NCBI RefSeq assembly: GCF_020745735.1
Contig: NC_083405.1
Span: 98,460,135 to 98,524,134 of the forward strand
DNA from: Hemiscyllium ocellatum
Taxonomy: Eukaryota
Direction: 5' to 3'
DNA: 64,000 nt
The translations under genes were made by a program, and so were the position numbers. Positions 12,614 through 25,630 of the stretch are shown here, piece by piece; the first letter of the stretch is position 1; each line of letters begins with the position of its first letter. A model generated the notes under the pieces. That model ran no database searches. It was not told the DNA's origin and saw only the letters and a program-made list of their open reading frames with translations.

Positions 12614-13887
12614 CACTTTCCTCTGCTGCCTGTCGCGAAGTCCACCTTGGAGGATGGTCACCCGAAGGTCCGAGGCTGAATGTCCTGAAGTGTTCCCCAA
12701 CTGGGAGGGAACCGTCCTGTCTGTTGATTGTTGTGCAGTGCCCATTCATCCTTGTCATAGCCTTTGCTCAGTTTCCCCAATGTACCATGCCTCCGGGCAT
12801 CCTTGCCTGCAATGTATAAGATAGACAACGTTGGCTGAGTCACATGAGTACCTGCCATGTACAAGATGGGAGGTGTTCCCACGCGTAATAGTGGTATCTA
12901 TGTCCACAATCTGACATGTCTTGCAACGTCCACCGGGTTGTATGGACACGTCCTGAGAGCCGGGCAGTTTGCTACGAACAATGATCTGTTTGAGGTTTGG
13001 CGGTTGTTTAAAGGCAATTAGTGGAGGTGTGGAGTAGGTCTTAGTGAGGTGCTCATCCTCACTGATAATGTGTTGCAGGTCACGAAGAACATGGCGTAAT
13101 TTTTCAGCCCCTGGGAAGTACTGAACAATGAAGGGTACCCTGTCAGTTGCAGCACGTGTCTGTCTCCAAGTCAGGATATATTTCCAAGTCAGGATGATGA
13201 GTGGCTGGGGAGGAACCTTCATATGATGGTGTTCCCATGTTTCTCTGTCCTTGACCTTCTAGATGTTAGTGTCTGTGAGTTTGAAAGATACAATCTAAGA
13301 TGCCTTGGTGGATTTCTGCAGTGTATCTTGCAGGACATATACAGTGCTGCTACTGAGTGTTGGTGGTGGAAAGTCAATGTTTGTGGATGTGATGCTAATC
13401 AAGCGTCCTGGCTAGGGTCAAGATTCTTGAGTGTTGTTGGAGCTACACTCCTTCAGGCAAGTGGGAAGTGTTCCATCACAATCCTGACTTTTGCCTTATG
13501 CATGGTAGACTGGCTTAGGAGGTGAGTTACTCTCTGCAGGTTTCCTAGCCCCTGATCAGATCTTGAAGCCACTATATTCAAATGGTTAGTCAGATTCAGT
13601 TTTTGGTCAATGGTAACCCCCAGGATGTTAATACTAAGGGATTGGATGATGGTAATGCCATTAACTGTAAAGGGCCAACGGTCAGTTTATCTCTGTATGG
13701 AGATGGTCATTGTCTGACACTTGTGTGACCCAAGTGCCACTTGCTAATTGTCAGACAAAGCCTGCATATTGTCCAGACATTACTGCATTTGGACATAGAT
13801 GGCTTCAGTATCTGAGCAGTAACAAATGGTGCTAAATATTGCACAATCAGCAGTGAACATCCTCAATTATGATCTGATGATGGAGAG

Positions 13888-15080
13888 CAAAGAACAAAGT
13901 ACATTACAGCAGAAGGACAGGCCCTCCATGCCTGCGCCAATTCATTTCCTCTATCTAAATCTGCTGCCTATTTTCTCAGGACCTGTATCCCTTTGCTCCC
14001 TGCCCATTCATGTATCTATCTGAATACATCTTAAATTATGCTATTGTTCCTGCTCCTACCACCTCCCTGGCAATGCATTCCAGGCACCCACCAGCCTCTG
14101 CATGAAGAACTTTCCATGTATATCTCCCCTAAACTTTTCCCCTCTCACTTTGAACTCATGATCCCTAGTAATTGAGTCCTCCACTCTGGGAAGAAGTTTC
14201 TTGCTATCTACCCTGACTACACCTCTCATGATTTTGTAGGTCTCAATCAGGTTCCCCCCTCAACCTCCTTCTTTCCAATGCAAATAATCCTAATCTATTC
14301 AACCTCTCCTCATAGCTAACACCTTCCATACCAGGCAATGTCCTGCTGAACCTCCTCTGCACCCTCTCCAAGGCATCCACATTCTTTTGGTAATGTGGCA
14401 AACAGAACTGTACGCAATATTCCAAATGTGGCCAAACCAGTCTTATTCAACTGTAATATGAGCTGCCAACGATTGTACTCAATACCCTGTCCAATGAAGG
14501 AAAGCATGCCATATACTTTCTTAACCACTCTACTGACCTGCTTTGCAACCTTCAGAGAACAATGGATCTGAACACCCAGATCTCTCTGTACATCAATTTT
14601 CCCCAGGTCATTTCCATTTACTCTGGAATTGCATCTTCCTCGCATTTGTCTGGATTGAACTCCATCTGCCATTTCTCTGCCCAACTCTCCAATCTATCTA
14701 TATTCTGCTGTATTCTCTGACAGTCCCCTTCACTATCTGCTTACCAGTCTTAGTGTCATCTGCAAGCTTGCTAATGAGGCAACCTACACCTTCCTCCAAA
14801 TCATTTATAAATATATATCATAAACAACAGTGGTCCCAGCACGGATCCCTGTGGGACACCATTGGTCACAGGTCTCCATTTAGAGAAGCTCCCTTCCACT
14901 ACTACTCTCTGTCTCCTTTTGCCCAACCAGTTCTCTATCAATCTAGCTTGAATACCCTGGACCCCATGCGACTTCACCTTCTTCATCAGCCTACCATGGG
15001 GAGCTTTGTCAAACGCCTTACTAAAGTCCATATGTGTGACTTCTACATCTCTTCCTCATCAATCAACTTTATCAGTCTTC
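13888..15080 (-). mobile_element. CR1 LINE 3' part (RT to tail)
   Basis: [15 protein letters not shown]...[13 protein letters not shown]; EYCVQF...LFALERRRLRG. Confidence 0.92.
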
Positions 15081-15170
15081 AAAAAATTAGAAAGAAGGCC
15101 TTTGTTGAAACAGAAACAGATGGTGGGCCTGGGATTCCTTAATGCCACATGCAGTCAAATGCAGCCTTGA

Positions 15171-17969
15171 ATCAGAATTAGGTTTATTGTCACAAAGTAC
15201 AGGAGTACAGTGTAGTGTGTAGAACATAACCATTCTGTGCTATTTTCGGTGCAAAGTACCTAGGTACAAATCTTTAGTATTAAAATAGATTAGATACAAA
15301 AATAGAGAAATAAAGAGAGAAGCTAAAAGCTTGACATTACAGTTCTCCATTGTATAAATTCAGAAGATAACAGTGCATCTTTAGTTTGCAGTCTCTCCAC
15401 ATTGTGGGCTCTCCACACATGGTCTGGCACCTTCTGCACTGCTGGGGTCTGCCTGAGATCTGTGACACGCTGACTGCACCAGGCCCCCATCTACCAGGCT
15501 TTTCATTCAGGCCCTGCAACTGCTGGCCGCACAGCTTGGCTCAAGCCTACCAACTGCTAGCTGTCCTGAACCCCCCAGCACGGTACCACTGGTCATCCCG
15601 CTCTGCTCTAGACCCACTGATTACCTCATTCTGGGCCCTCAGCTGCCACAGCGCTACCACTCTCTTCACTATGCCATGACTCTCTTCACAGTACCATCAC
15701 ACTCTTCACTGTACCACCACTCTATTCACAGCACCACCACTCTCTTCACAGCACCACCACTCTCTTCACAGCACCATTACTCTCTTCACTGTGCCACCAC
15801 TCTCTTCACAGCACCACCACTCTATTCACAGCACCACCACTCTATTCACAGTGCCATCACTCTCTTCACAGCGCCACCACTCTCTCCACAGCACCACCAC
15901 TCTATTCACAGCACCATCACTCTATTCACAGTGCCATCACTCTCTTCACAGTACCATCACACTCTTCACTGTGCCATCACTCTCTTCACAGTACCATCAC
16001 ACTCTTCACTGTGCCACCACTCTCTCCACAGCACCACCACTCTCTTCACTGTACCATCACTCTCTCCACAGCACCACCACTCTCTTCACAGCACCACCAC
16101 TCTATTCACAGCACCACCACTCTATTCACAGTGCCATCACTCTCTTCACAGCACCACCACTCTCTCCACAGCACCACCACTCTCTCCACAGTACCACCAC
16201 TCTCTTCACAGCACCATTACTCTCTTCACTGTACCATCACTCTCTTCACAGCACCACCACTCTCTCCACAGCACCACCACTCTCTTCACAGCACCATCAC
16301 TCTCTTCACAGCACCATCACTCTCTTCACAGCACCACCACTCTCTTCACTGTACCACCACTCTCTTCACAGCACCACCACTCTCTTCACAGCACCACCAC
16401 TCTCTTCACAGCACCATTACTCTCTTCACTGTACCATCACTCTCTTCACAGCACCACCACTCTCTTCACAGCACCATCACTCTATTCACTGTGCCACCAC
16501 TCTCTCCACAGCACCACCACTCTCTTCACTGTGCCACCACTCTCTTCACTGCACCACCACTCTCTTCACAGCACCATCACTCTCTTCACTGTGCCACCAC
16601 TCTCTTCACAGCACCATCACTCTCTTCACTGCACCATCACTCTCTTCACTGTGCCACCACTCTCTTCACAGCACCATCACTCTCTTCACTGTGCCACCAC
16701 TCTCTCCACAGCACCACCACTCTCTTCACTGTGCCACCACTCTCTTCACAGCACCATCACTCTCTTCACAGCACCACCACTCTCTTCACTGTGCCACCAC
16801 TCTCTTCACAGCACCATCACTCTCTTCACTGTGCCACCACTCTCTCCACAGCACCATCACTCTATTCACTGTGCCACCACTCTCTCCACAGCACCACCAC
16901 TCTCTTCACTGTGCCACCACTCTCTTCACAGCACCATCACTCTCTTCACAGCACCACCACTCTCTTCACTGTGCCACCACTCTCTTCACAGCACCACCAC
17001 TCTCTTCACTGTGCCACCACTCTCTTCACAGCACTATCACTCTCTTCACAGCACCACCACTCTCTTCACAGCACCATCACTCTATTCACTGTGCCACCAC
17101 TCTCTTCACAGCACCACCACTCTCTTCACAGCGCCAGTACTCTCTTCACAGCACCACCACTCTCTTCACTGTGCCATCACTCTCTTCACAGCACCACCAC
17201 TCTCTTCACTGTGCCACCACTCTCTTCACAGCACTATCACTCTCTTCACAGCGCCAGCACTCTCATCACAGCACCACCACTCTCTTCACAGCGCCACCAC
17301 TCTCTTCACTGTGCCACCACTCTCTTCACAGCGCCAGCACTCTCATCACAGCACCACCACTCTCTTCACAGCGCCACCACTCTCTTCACTGTGCCACCAC
17401 TCTCTTCACAGTGCCATCACTCTCTTCACTGCGCCATCACTCTCTTCACAGCACCACCACTCTCTTCACAGCACCATCACTCTCTTCACAGCGCCACCAC
17501 TCTCTTCACTGTGCCACAACTCTCTTCACAGCGCCATCACTCTCTTCACAGCGCCATCACTCTCTTCACTGCACCATCACTCTCTTCACAGCGCCACCAC
17601 TCTCTTCACTGTGCCACAACTCTCTTCACAGCGCCATCACTCTCTTCACTGCACCATCACTCTCTTCACTGTGCCTTCACTCTCTTCACAGCACCACCAC
17701 TCTCTTCACAGCGCCAGCATTCTCTTCACTGTGCCACAACTCTCTTCACAGCACCATCACTCTCTTCACTGCACCATCACTCTCTTCACTGTGCCTTCGC
17801 TCTCTTCACAGCACCATCACTCTCTTCACTGCACCATCACTCTCTTCACTGCCAAAGTAGGTTAACAAAAACATAAAAGCATTAAAACAGGAAACAAACA
17901 GAAGCACACAGAAAGGATGCGCCCATGCTGATCATGCATGCTGCCTACTCCACTGTTGCCATCTTGGAT
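15171..17969 (-). mobile_element. Unclassified non-coding retroposon-like insertion carrying the minisatellite
   Basis: Interrupts the old LINE at gcagccttga|...|ttcaaaggcagtc; minus-strand 5' end ccaagatggc; 3' end gtgacaataaacctaattctgatt. Confidence 0.5.
15645..17852. repeat. Minisatellite, ~110 copies of a 20-bp unit (consensus actctcttcac(a/t)g(c/t)(a/g)cca(c/t)c)
   Basis: Direct reading; strict 20-bp period with substitution variants only. Confidence 0.98.
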
Positions 17970-19309
17970 TCAAAGGCAGTCACTCTCATCTCACTTTTGG
18001 AATTCAGCTCTTTTGTTTATGTTTGAAACACAGCTGTAATGAATTCAGGAGCAGAGTCACCCTGACAGAACCCAAATTAGGCAGCAGTGAGCTGGTTATT
18101 GCTGAACCAGTGCTGCATGACAATACTGCTGATAATACCTTCCATCATATTGCTGATGACTGAGAGTAGACTGATGAGGCAGTAAATGGCCTGGTTGGAT
18201 TTGCCATAGCTTTTGTGTGCATGACGTAAGTGGGCAGTTTTACGCCTTGTCGGGTAGATGCCAGTATTGTGATTGTATTAGAGCAGTTTGGCTATGCATA
18301 TAGTATGTTCTAGCATACTCATCTTTTTACTATTGCAGGGAAGTTGTCAGGATCCATTGCATTTGCAACATCCAGTGCCTTCAGCCATTTCTGCACACGA
18401 TGAAGAGTGAGTCAAATTGGCTAAAAACTGGTATTTGCACTCAGCATTTCTGGCTGAAGATTGTTGCGAATGATTATGTTTTGCAATGACATGCTGCGCT
18501 CCCCCATCATCAAGGATGAGGATGTTTGTGCTTTGCCCTGTCTATCACTTGCTGTTTGGCATGCATTCCTGTTTTATAGGTCATCTGGTAGTCTTCAGTT
18601 TTAGATATGATTGAAGTTGCTCCTGGCATGCCCTCCTGCAATCTTCATTGATTCCCTGGCTTGATGATATTGGTTGAGTGGGGTAGATGCCAGGCCTTGA
18701 AGTTGCAGATTATATTGGGGTACACAGTGATGGAGTCACATAACTTCATCTCCACAAGGACTGAGGTGATTCATCTTACTGATACAATCACACTCTTACT
18801 AATGCAGTCATGTATTGACACACCAGCAGCTGGCAAATTGGCAAGGATGAGGCTAAGTATGCTTTTCCCTCCTGTCAGTTCCCTCACCACCTGCCACAAA
18901 TTCAGTCTCGCAGCTATGTATTTCAGAGTCTGACCAATCTGGTAAGCAGTTGTGCTCCGGGACAATCTTGGTGATGGATATTGAAGATTCCCCCACCCTT
19001 AATACATTCTGCACTCTTGCTATTCTCAATGCTTCTCTCAGTTATGTTCAATATGGAGGAGTACTGATTCATCAGCCCAGAGTAGATATGGAGGAGAGGG
19101 GTGTGGTATGATGTAACAGTAAGATGTATCCTGTGAATATGACTGTCAGGCTGTTGCTTGACTCATCTATTTTGGCATGAACCTCCAGATGTTGGTCACG
19201 CCAACTTTGCAAGGTTGATAGTGTTATGTTTGCTGTCACTTCCAATGCCTTAGTTGATGCCAGGTGTTCTGTCCATATTCATTTCTCTTTTGAGTTTTTT
19301 CAGTGGTTA

Positions 19310-19550
19310 ATATGAATTGCTCGGCTATATCAGAGTGGAGTTAAGAGTCAATTACTGTGGGTCTGGAATCACATGTAGACCAGGAAAGAATGACAGTTTC
19401 AGTTCCCTGAAGGATATTGGTGAACCAGATGGGTTTTTACGACAATTGACAACTATTTTGTGGTTATCATTAGACTTTTATTTCCAAATTTCATTCAATT
19501 CAAAATCTCCCATCTGCTACGCTGGGATTTGAACTCGAGTTCCAGTAACA
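19310..19550 (-). mobile_element. Older SINE (unnamed family; other copies ~20440-20540 +, ~38090-38390 -, ~41125-41398 +)
   Basis: Shared core ggttcactaat...ctggtctacatgtgactccagacccacag; the 41125 copy ends in the old LINE's 3' tail (gggcaattaggg...catgaatgaa+A). Confidence 0.65.
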
Positions 19551-19689
19551 CTAATAGAAATAGAAAATGTGTGAGAAATACAGCAAGTCTGGCAACACCT
19601 GTGGACAAACAGAGTTAATATTTCAAGTTGAATGACATCTTCAGAAGAGTTTCTCCAGGACTTTCTGTTTTTGTTTCAGATCTGGAGCA

Positions 19690-19910
19690 GTTCACTTTCA
19701 TACTCCAGAAGGCTGTGGAGGCTAAGTCATTGAATGTATTTAAGGCAGAGATGGATAGGTTCTTGATCAATAAGGGAATCAAGGATTATGAGAAGAAGGC
19801 AGAAGAATAGGGTTGAGAAACATATCAGCCGTGGTTGAATGGTGAGGCAGGCACAATGGAATGAATGCCTTAAATCTGCCTTTGTATCTAATAGTTTAAT
19901 TATGGTCTAA
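19690..19910 (+). mobile_element. CR1 3' end fragment
   Basis: QKAVEAKSLNVFKAEMDRFLINKGIKDY. Confidence 0.75.
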
Positions 19911-22284
19911 GAATATTACCCGCTCTATGGTTTACTAGTCCAGCAACAGTACAAGTGTGCGGTTGAAATGCTGATGAAAAGATGATGAAATGTCATCATT
20001 TCTTCCTTGTTCAGTATAATTAAAGCTCTGATGACAACTTTGGAAAAATTTTACAAATGCACATTTTCCATTTATCTTTAACCATGTCATGAGCATGAGA
20101 TCAGATGGGGTCAGCACTCTTGGAATTTTAAAATAAATCACTGGTAAAGCAAATGAATGTTTCATGAGTACTTCTGAAGTTCTACCAGTAATCATAATGA
20201 GACCATTAGTACATTTTAAAATAGATTTATCCTCCCGTAAAATATCAGTTAATGTAATTTCAAACAAAGAAAGGCCACTGCAAATTAAGGTTTCTAACTG
20301 AAGTTTCATGGATTCCAGGAGGTTTCATAATATGACCATTAATTCCCCCCAGCTAATCGAGCCCATCATTGATCACCGAACATTGCCACCCTTGTGCCAT
20401 CCCATGCAATGTGAAAAAACAGACTCTTTGCTCTGGATGATGACTATGAAACAACTGTTGGTTATCATTAAAAATCTATCTGGCCCATTAACATCCTTTT
20501 GGGAACAAAAATTGTCCTCGTTGCCTGGTCCTCGTCTACATGTCTGTCTTTTCATTCATCATCTCCAAAATTTTTGTAATAAATTGTTGAAAATGTTCGT
20601 AAATGCTAAGTGTTAAACAACACACACTTTAGTAACACTCCCCCTGAATTTCCTTTCCTGTTCCTCACTGCGCAGTTCAGGAAATTAATTGATCCCTGGA
20701 GACTCCTGAAAAATCTGGGAAGGTTGGGAACACTTACTGTGCCCCAGAGATCACAAATGCTATCTCTCCCACTGTTTCAGTTCAATTGAAATCAATTCAA
20801 CTGCAATAGCCTGTTGTGTATGAATTATGTCACGATATATATAATACATTAATTTGTCATTTCATTATATTATTTCATTACATTATTACGTTACATTTTA
20901 TCATTCATCACTGAAATGATTGTTTACCTATTATCTTAAACTCAGTTTGTGCTGTGCAGTGGCATACTGACTGGGGTTTGGGGGTGTGTGGAGGTGCTGT
21001 AAAATTGGGTACAATGCTAGGGTGACTTGCTGGCTCCCAATCCCAATGCAATGTTATATATGATAGGGAGAGTTTGGGCAGTCCACAAGCTCCTTGGTCC
21101 TTCCAGCCCAGTGGCAATGCTTCCCAAAGCCTGAAACCTGTCAGGTCTCACTCCTAGGTCTGTGAGTGGGAAAGGGAAAGGTTCCTCATTTACGGTCCCC
21201 GCAGACCCATTGAAGGTCTCAACCTAGGATCTGTCCCATCCAACCTCTGGTTTCCCCTCCCTACCCTGGCCTGCTAATCATGGGCCCTTGTTCTTTCATC
21301 CCACTAATGCCTTTGCCTATTAGTCTGACACTGAAATCCCATCACCCACACCCCGAATCCCAAACAAGCTTTAATTCTTGCCCCATGGTTCCTTGTTGCT
21401 GGAGCCTGGAGCAGTTAGCACTAGCAGTGCTTCAATGGGACCCGAGAGTTGCTGGCCATTTTATTCATGGAGACAGAATGAATGTTTAGTAGCTTACCTC
21501 TTATCCTTTAAATACATGCTCCTAGTACTGATGGTTGAGGAGATAAAAGGAAAGTGGGAGCTGATTTAGGTGCTGACCCTTCATCTATTCCAGAGAAGAA
21601 GACCCCATCATAGATTTGATGGGGATTGAAGACTGAGGCCATGATCTTGTACCTAATTTTAATCTGCCTATCTGTAATAAATCTATTTCTGCTCATTCTG
21701 GTATGCAGCCCAGAATTGTACTTTGAACATTCAAAAATATCTTTTAACAAACAGTTTCAACAAACTTGCATTTCCATTTCCTACATTCTTTAGTCTAAGT
21801 TTCCAAAACAAAAATAAAATTGCAACATATGCTATTTCAACTGGATAAGCATAATTCAAAGTGAAGACCTGGCTAGACTTGCTGTATATGCACACAAGAG
21901 TTCTAACCACACCACACTGTTTTGCATAGCTGCCTGCTATTTATCAAGTCAATGTGGTGTTATTTAGCCCAATCATCAGTATTAGAAAAAGGATTTGCAT
22001 AAACAACTCAAAAGTACCCACCAAAAGCAAGGGGTCAGAAGATTAAGTGGCATCTTGCTCAATTTTTCAACTTCCTTTCCCTTTAATGCTAACTCTTGCT
22101 TTTTCTTTATAGTGCATATGAGGCATTGCTTCATTGAGCAAAGCTTCTGTGATTTTCACTTCTCCTTCAACAATTTACATTTTTGAATTCTGTTTCAGGA
22201 CTATCGTGTGTCTTGGCAAACCTATTCTAACACTCAGGAACAGTTTCAGAACAGTAACTAGGAGTGCCTCAGCTTTCTTCACCC

Positions 22285-22405
22285 GAGGGAAAGTGAGGAC
22301 TGCAGATGCTAAAGAGTCAGGGTCAAAAAGTGTGGCACTGGAAAAGCACAGTAGGTCAGGCAGCATCCGAAAAGCAGGAGAATGGCGTTTCAGGCATAAT
22401 CCCTT
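22285..22405 (-). mobile_element. Solo family B pLTR fragment
   Basis: gtgaggactgcagatgct...ggaaaagcacagtaggtcaggcagcatcc...tttcaggcataatccctt. Confidence 0.8.
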
Positions 22406-22567
22406 AGCAAGGAACACTGAGGCCAATTGTAAAATCTTATCATCGTTTGACTGAGATTATTTAATTCAGCATGAGCCAGGAATCAAACATATGAACAACA
22501 CAAGAATCTAGAGCAGCGCAAGTCATTCAGCTCTAGCACCTGCTTCATTATTCAGTAAGTCTGTGGT

Positions 22568-24475
22568 TATAGAACATAGAATAATACAGCACAGAACAGG
22601 CCCTTCAATCCTCGATGTTGAGCCGGCTTGTGAACTAATCCAAGCCCATCCCCCTACACTATCTCATCATCATCCATGTGCTTATCCAAGGATTGTTTAA
22701 ATCTCCCTAATGTGGCTGAGTTAACTACATTGGCAGGAAGGGCATTCCACACCCTTACCATTCTCTGAGTAAAGAACCTGCCTCTGACATCTGTCTTAAA
22801 TCTATCACCCCTCAATTTGCAGCTATGCCCCCTCATACGGATGTCATCATCCTTGGAAAAAGACTCTCACTATCCACACTATTTAATCCTCTGATTATCT
22901 TGTATGTCTCTATTAAATCCCGTCTTAGGCTTCTTCTCTCCAATGAGAACAGCCTTTCCTCATAAGACCTTTGCTCTGGACCCCAGGCAACATCCTGGTA
23001 AATCTCCTCTGCACCTTTTCCAATGTTTCCACATCCTTCCTGTAATGGGGCACTCAGGATTACACACAATACTCCAAGGAGGCTGCATTAGCGTTTTGCA
23101 CAGTTGCAGCATGACATCATGGCTCCGGAACTGAATCCCCCCACCAATGAAACCTAACACACTGTATAGCTTCTTAACAGCACTATCAACCTGGGTGGCA
23201 ACTTTCAGGGATCTATGTACATGGACACCATGATCCCTCTGCACTTCCACATTACCAAGAATCTTTCCATTGACCCAATATTCCACCCTCTTGTTATCCT
23301 TTCCAAAGTGAATCACCTCACATTTATTTGCATTGAGCTCCATTTGCCACCTTTCAGCCCAATTCTGCTGTTTATCCAAGTCTCCCTGCAACTTGCAACA
23401 TTTTTCCCCACTGTCCACCACTCCACCAACTTTAGTATCATCTGCAAACATACAAACCCATCCACCTATGCCTGCGTCCAAGTCATTTATAAAAATGACA
23501 AACAGTAGTGGTCCCAAAACAGATTCTTGTGGCACACCACTAGTAACCAGACTCCAGGCTGAATATTTTCCATCAACCACCACTCATTGCCTTTCTACAG
23601 AAAGCCAGTTTCTAATCCAAACTGTTAAATCACCTTCAGTCCCATGCCTCTGCATTTTCTCCAATAGCCTACCATGTGGAACCTTATCAAAGGCTTTACT
23701 GAAGTCCGTGTACACCACATCAACTGCCCTACCCTTATCCACATGCTTAGTCACCTTCTCAAAAAACTCAATGAGGTTTGTGAGACATGACCTGCCCTTG
23801 ACAAATCCATGTTGAATACTTCCAATCAAATTGTTGCTTGCTAGATGATTATAATCCTCTTATAATTATTTCCAAAACTTTTTCTACAACAGATATAAGA
23901 CTCACTGGCCTATAATTGGCTGGCTCATCTCTACTGCCCTTCTTGAACAAGGGCACAACATTTGCAATCCTCAAATCTTCTGGTACTAAACCTGTAGACA
24001 ATGACGACTCAAAGATCAAGGCCAAAGGCTTGGCCGTCTCTTCCCTAGTTTCCCAGAGAATTCTCAGAGAAATCCCATTCAGCCTATCTATGTTAGACTT
24101 ATCTATGTTCTCACCTTCTAGAACGGAGAACACCTCCTCCTTACTAACCTCAATCCTTTCAAGCCTAATAACCCATGTCTCAGTCTTCTCTACAATATTT
24201 TCCTTTTCCTGAGTGAAAACGTATGAGAAATCTTTGTTTAGCACCTCACCGATCTCCACAGGGTCCATACACAACTTCCCACTTCCATCTTTGACAGGCC
24301 CTATTCCTACATTAGTCATCCTTTTATTCCTTACATATCTATAGAAAGCTTATTCTACGCTAAAGACTGCTCATGTCCCCTCCTTGTTCTTCTTAACTCA
24401 CTCTTTAAATCCTTCTTAGCTAATCTGTAACTCTCCATCGCCTCATCTGAATCATCTCACTTCAATGTCACATAA
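22568..24475 (-). mobile_element. CR1 LINE (RT to tail) nested in an older minus-strand CR1 (22490-22567 and ~24476-25600)
   Basis: ORFs with [37 protein letters not shown]; agaacatagaa tail. Confidence 0.92.
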
Positions 24476-24811
24476 GTGGTTGGTCTGACTGTGATCTCAA
24501 CTCCACATTCCCACCTACCCATGATAATATTTCAACTCTTGGGTCATAAAAATCTACCTCTGCCTTGAACACAATCAAGGCCTCTGCTTCCACCACATTT
24601 TAGGGAAGCAAATTTTAAAGATTCATGTCACTGTGAGGGGAAAGACGATTGATCATCTCTGTTTTATAATCAGCAACCTTTAACTTTTAAACAGTGAACC
24701 CCAAGTTCTGGACTCTCCCATAAGAGGAAACATCCTTTCCACAACCACACTGTCAAGATCTCACAAGATTTTATGCTTCACTAAGTCAACTTTTACTCTT
24801 CACAACTCTCG

Positions 24812-25100
24812 ATGTGGGGGTGCCGGTATTGGACTGGTATGGACAAAGTTAAAAATCACACAACACCAGGTTGTAGTTCAAACGGTTTTTTGGAAACACT
24901 AGCTTTCAAGATGCTGCCTCTTCATGACGTGGTTGTGGAGCAGGACCAGAAAATACAGAATTTATAGCAAAAGGGTTACAGTCATGGAGCTGTAATGATA
25001 TATTAAACAAACTTAGATTAAGTCTTGCATCTTTTAAAATGGGGTATGTTGGTTTAGGCTGTGTAATATGTAAATTCGAGAACTCTTTTTAAGTTACATT
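24812..25100 (-). mobile_element. Family A Penelope pLTR/3'UTR fragment with decayed hammerhead
   Basis: ttggactgg...caaagttaaaaatcacacaacaccaggtt...cactagctttc, similar to 11570-11860. Confidence 0.8.
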
Positions 25101-25630
25101 CTTCTAAGCTCCAGTGAATACCAGTCTAGCCTGTCCATTGTTTCCTCAAAAGACAACCAGCTCATTCCAGGTATTAGTTCAGTGAACTTTCTGTTAACTA
25201 ACTCCAACGCATTTACATCCTTCCTCAAACAGGGTGACCAATAATGTACAACCAATAAGGTCTCAACAGTGGCCTGAATATTTAAAACATAAGCTCTCCA
25301 TTTTTGTAGTCAGTTTCCTTTGTGATAAATAAGAATGTCCTATCAGCTGTCCTAATTAGAACACCCAGATTTCTTGACTTCTCAAAGCTCTTCAATCTCT
25401 CACCATTTAGGTAATACGCTTTTTTTCATTTTTAAAAAGATTTTCCTGCCAAAGTATACCACATGAAATTTTCCCATATTATTCTCTGTTTGCCACATCT
25501 TTACCAATTCACTTAATCTATCAATATGTTTTCTTTACTCTATCCTTCCAGCTAGTCAACCAATCTTCTATCCATGCCAATTTGCTATTCCCTATATCAT
25601 CACCATATCATGGTATTAGAGTGTTACAGT

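Larger units (their letters stand above)
11570..13164 (-). mobile_element. Penelope-like element (family A), 5'-truncated: Cys-linker plus GIY-YIG endonuclease, (TG)n-rich 3'UTR and terminal pLTR
   Basis: ORF 12755-13222 has KQPPNLK...GRCKTC...SCDSANVVYLIHC...WYIGET; C-terminus AEQRLIAKF...GLKRDLGF; TSD gatatatttcca at 11558-11569 and 13175-13186. Confidence 0.92.
11395..19265 (-). mobile_element. Old CR1-group LINE split into pieces (11395-11569, 13175-13885, ~15090-15170, ~17970-19265) by nested insertions
   Basis: Pieces are colinear with the reverse complement of same-family copies at 28860-29660, 56720-57690 and 59235-60070. Confidence 0.8.

Noticed and set aside
15645-17852. CRISPR-like array
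   Set aside because: Head-to-tail repeats with no unique spacers, no cas genes, and a vertebrate context.
15676-17876. Three 620-730 aa His/Ser/Thr/Leu-rich ORFs
   Set aside because: All three frames give the same periodic peptide because the 20-bp unit lacks stops; this is an artefact of the minisatellite.
20980-21600. GC-richer block, possibly an old transposon or exon
   Set aside because: No recognisable coding motif, termini or second copy in the window.
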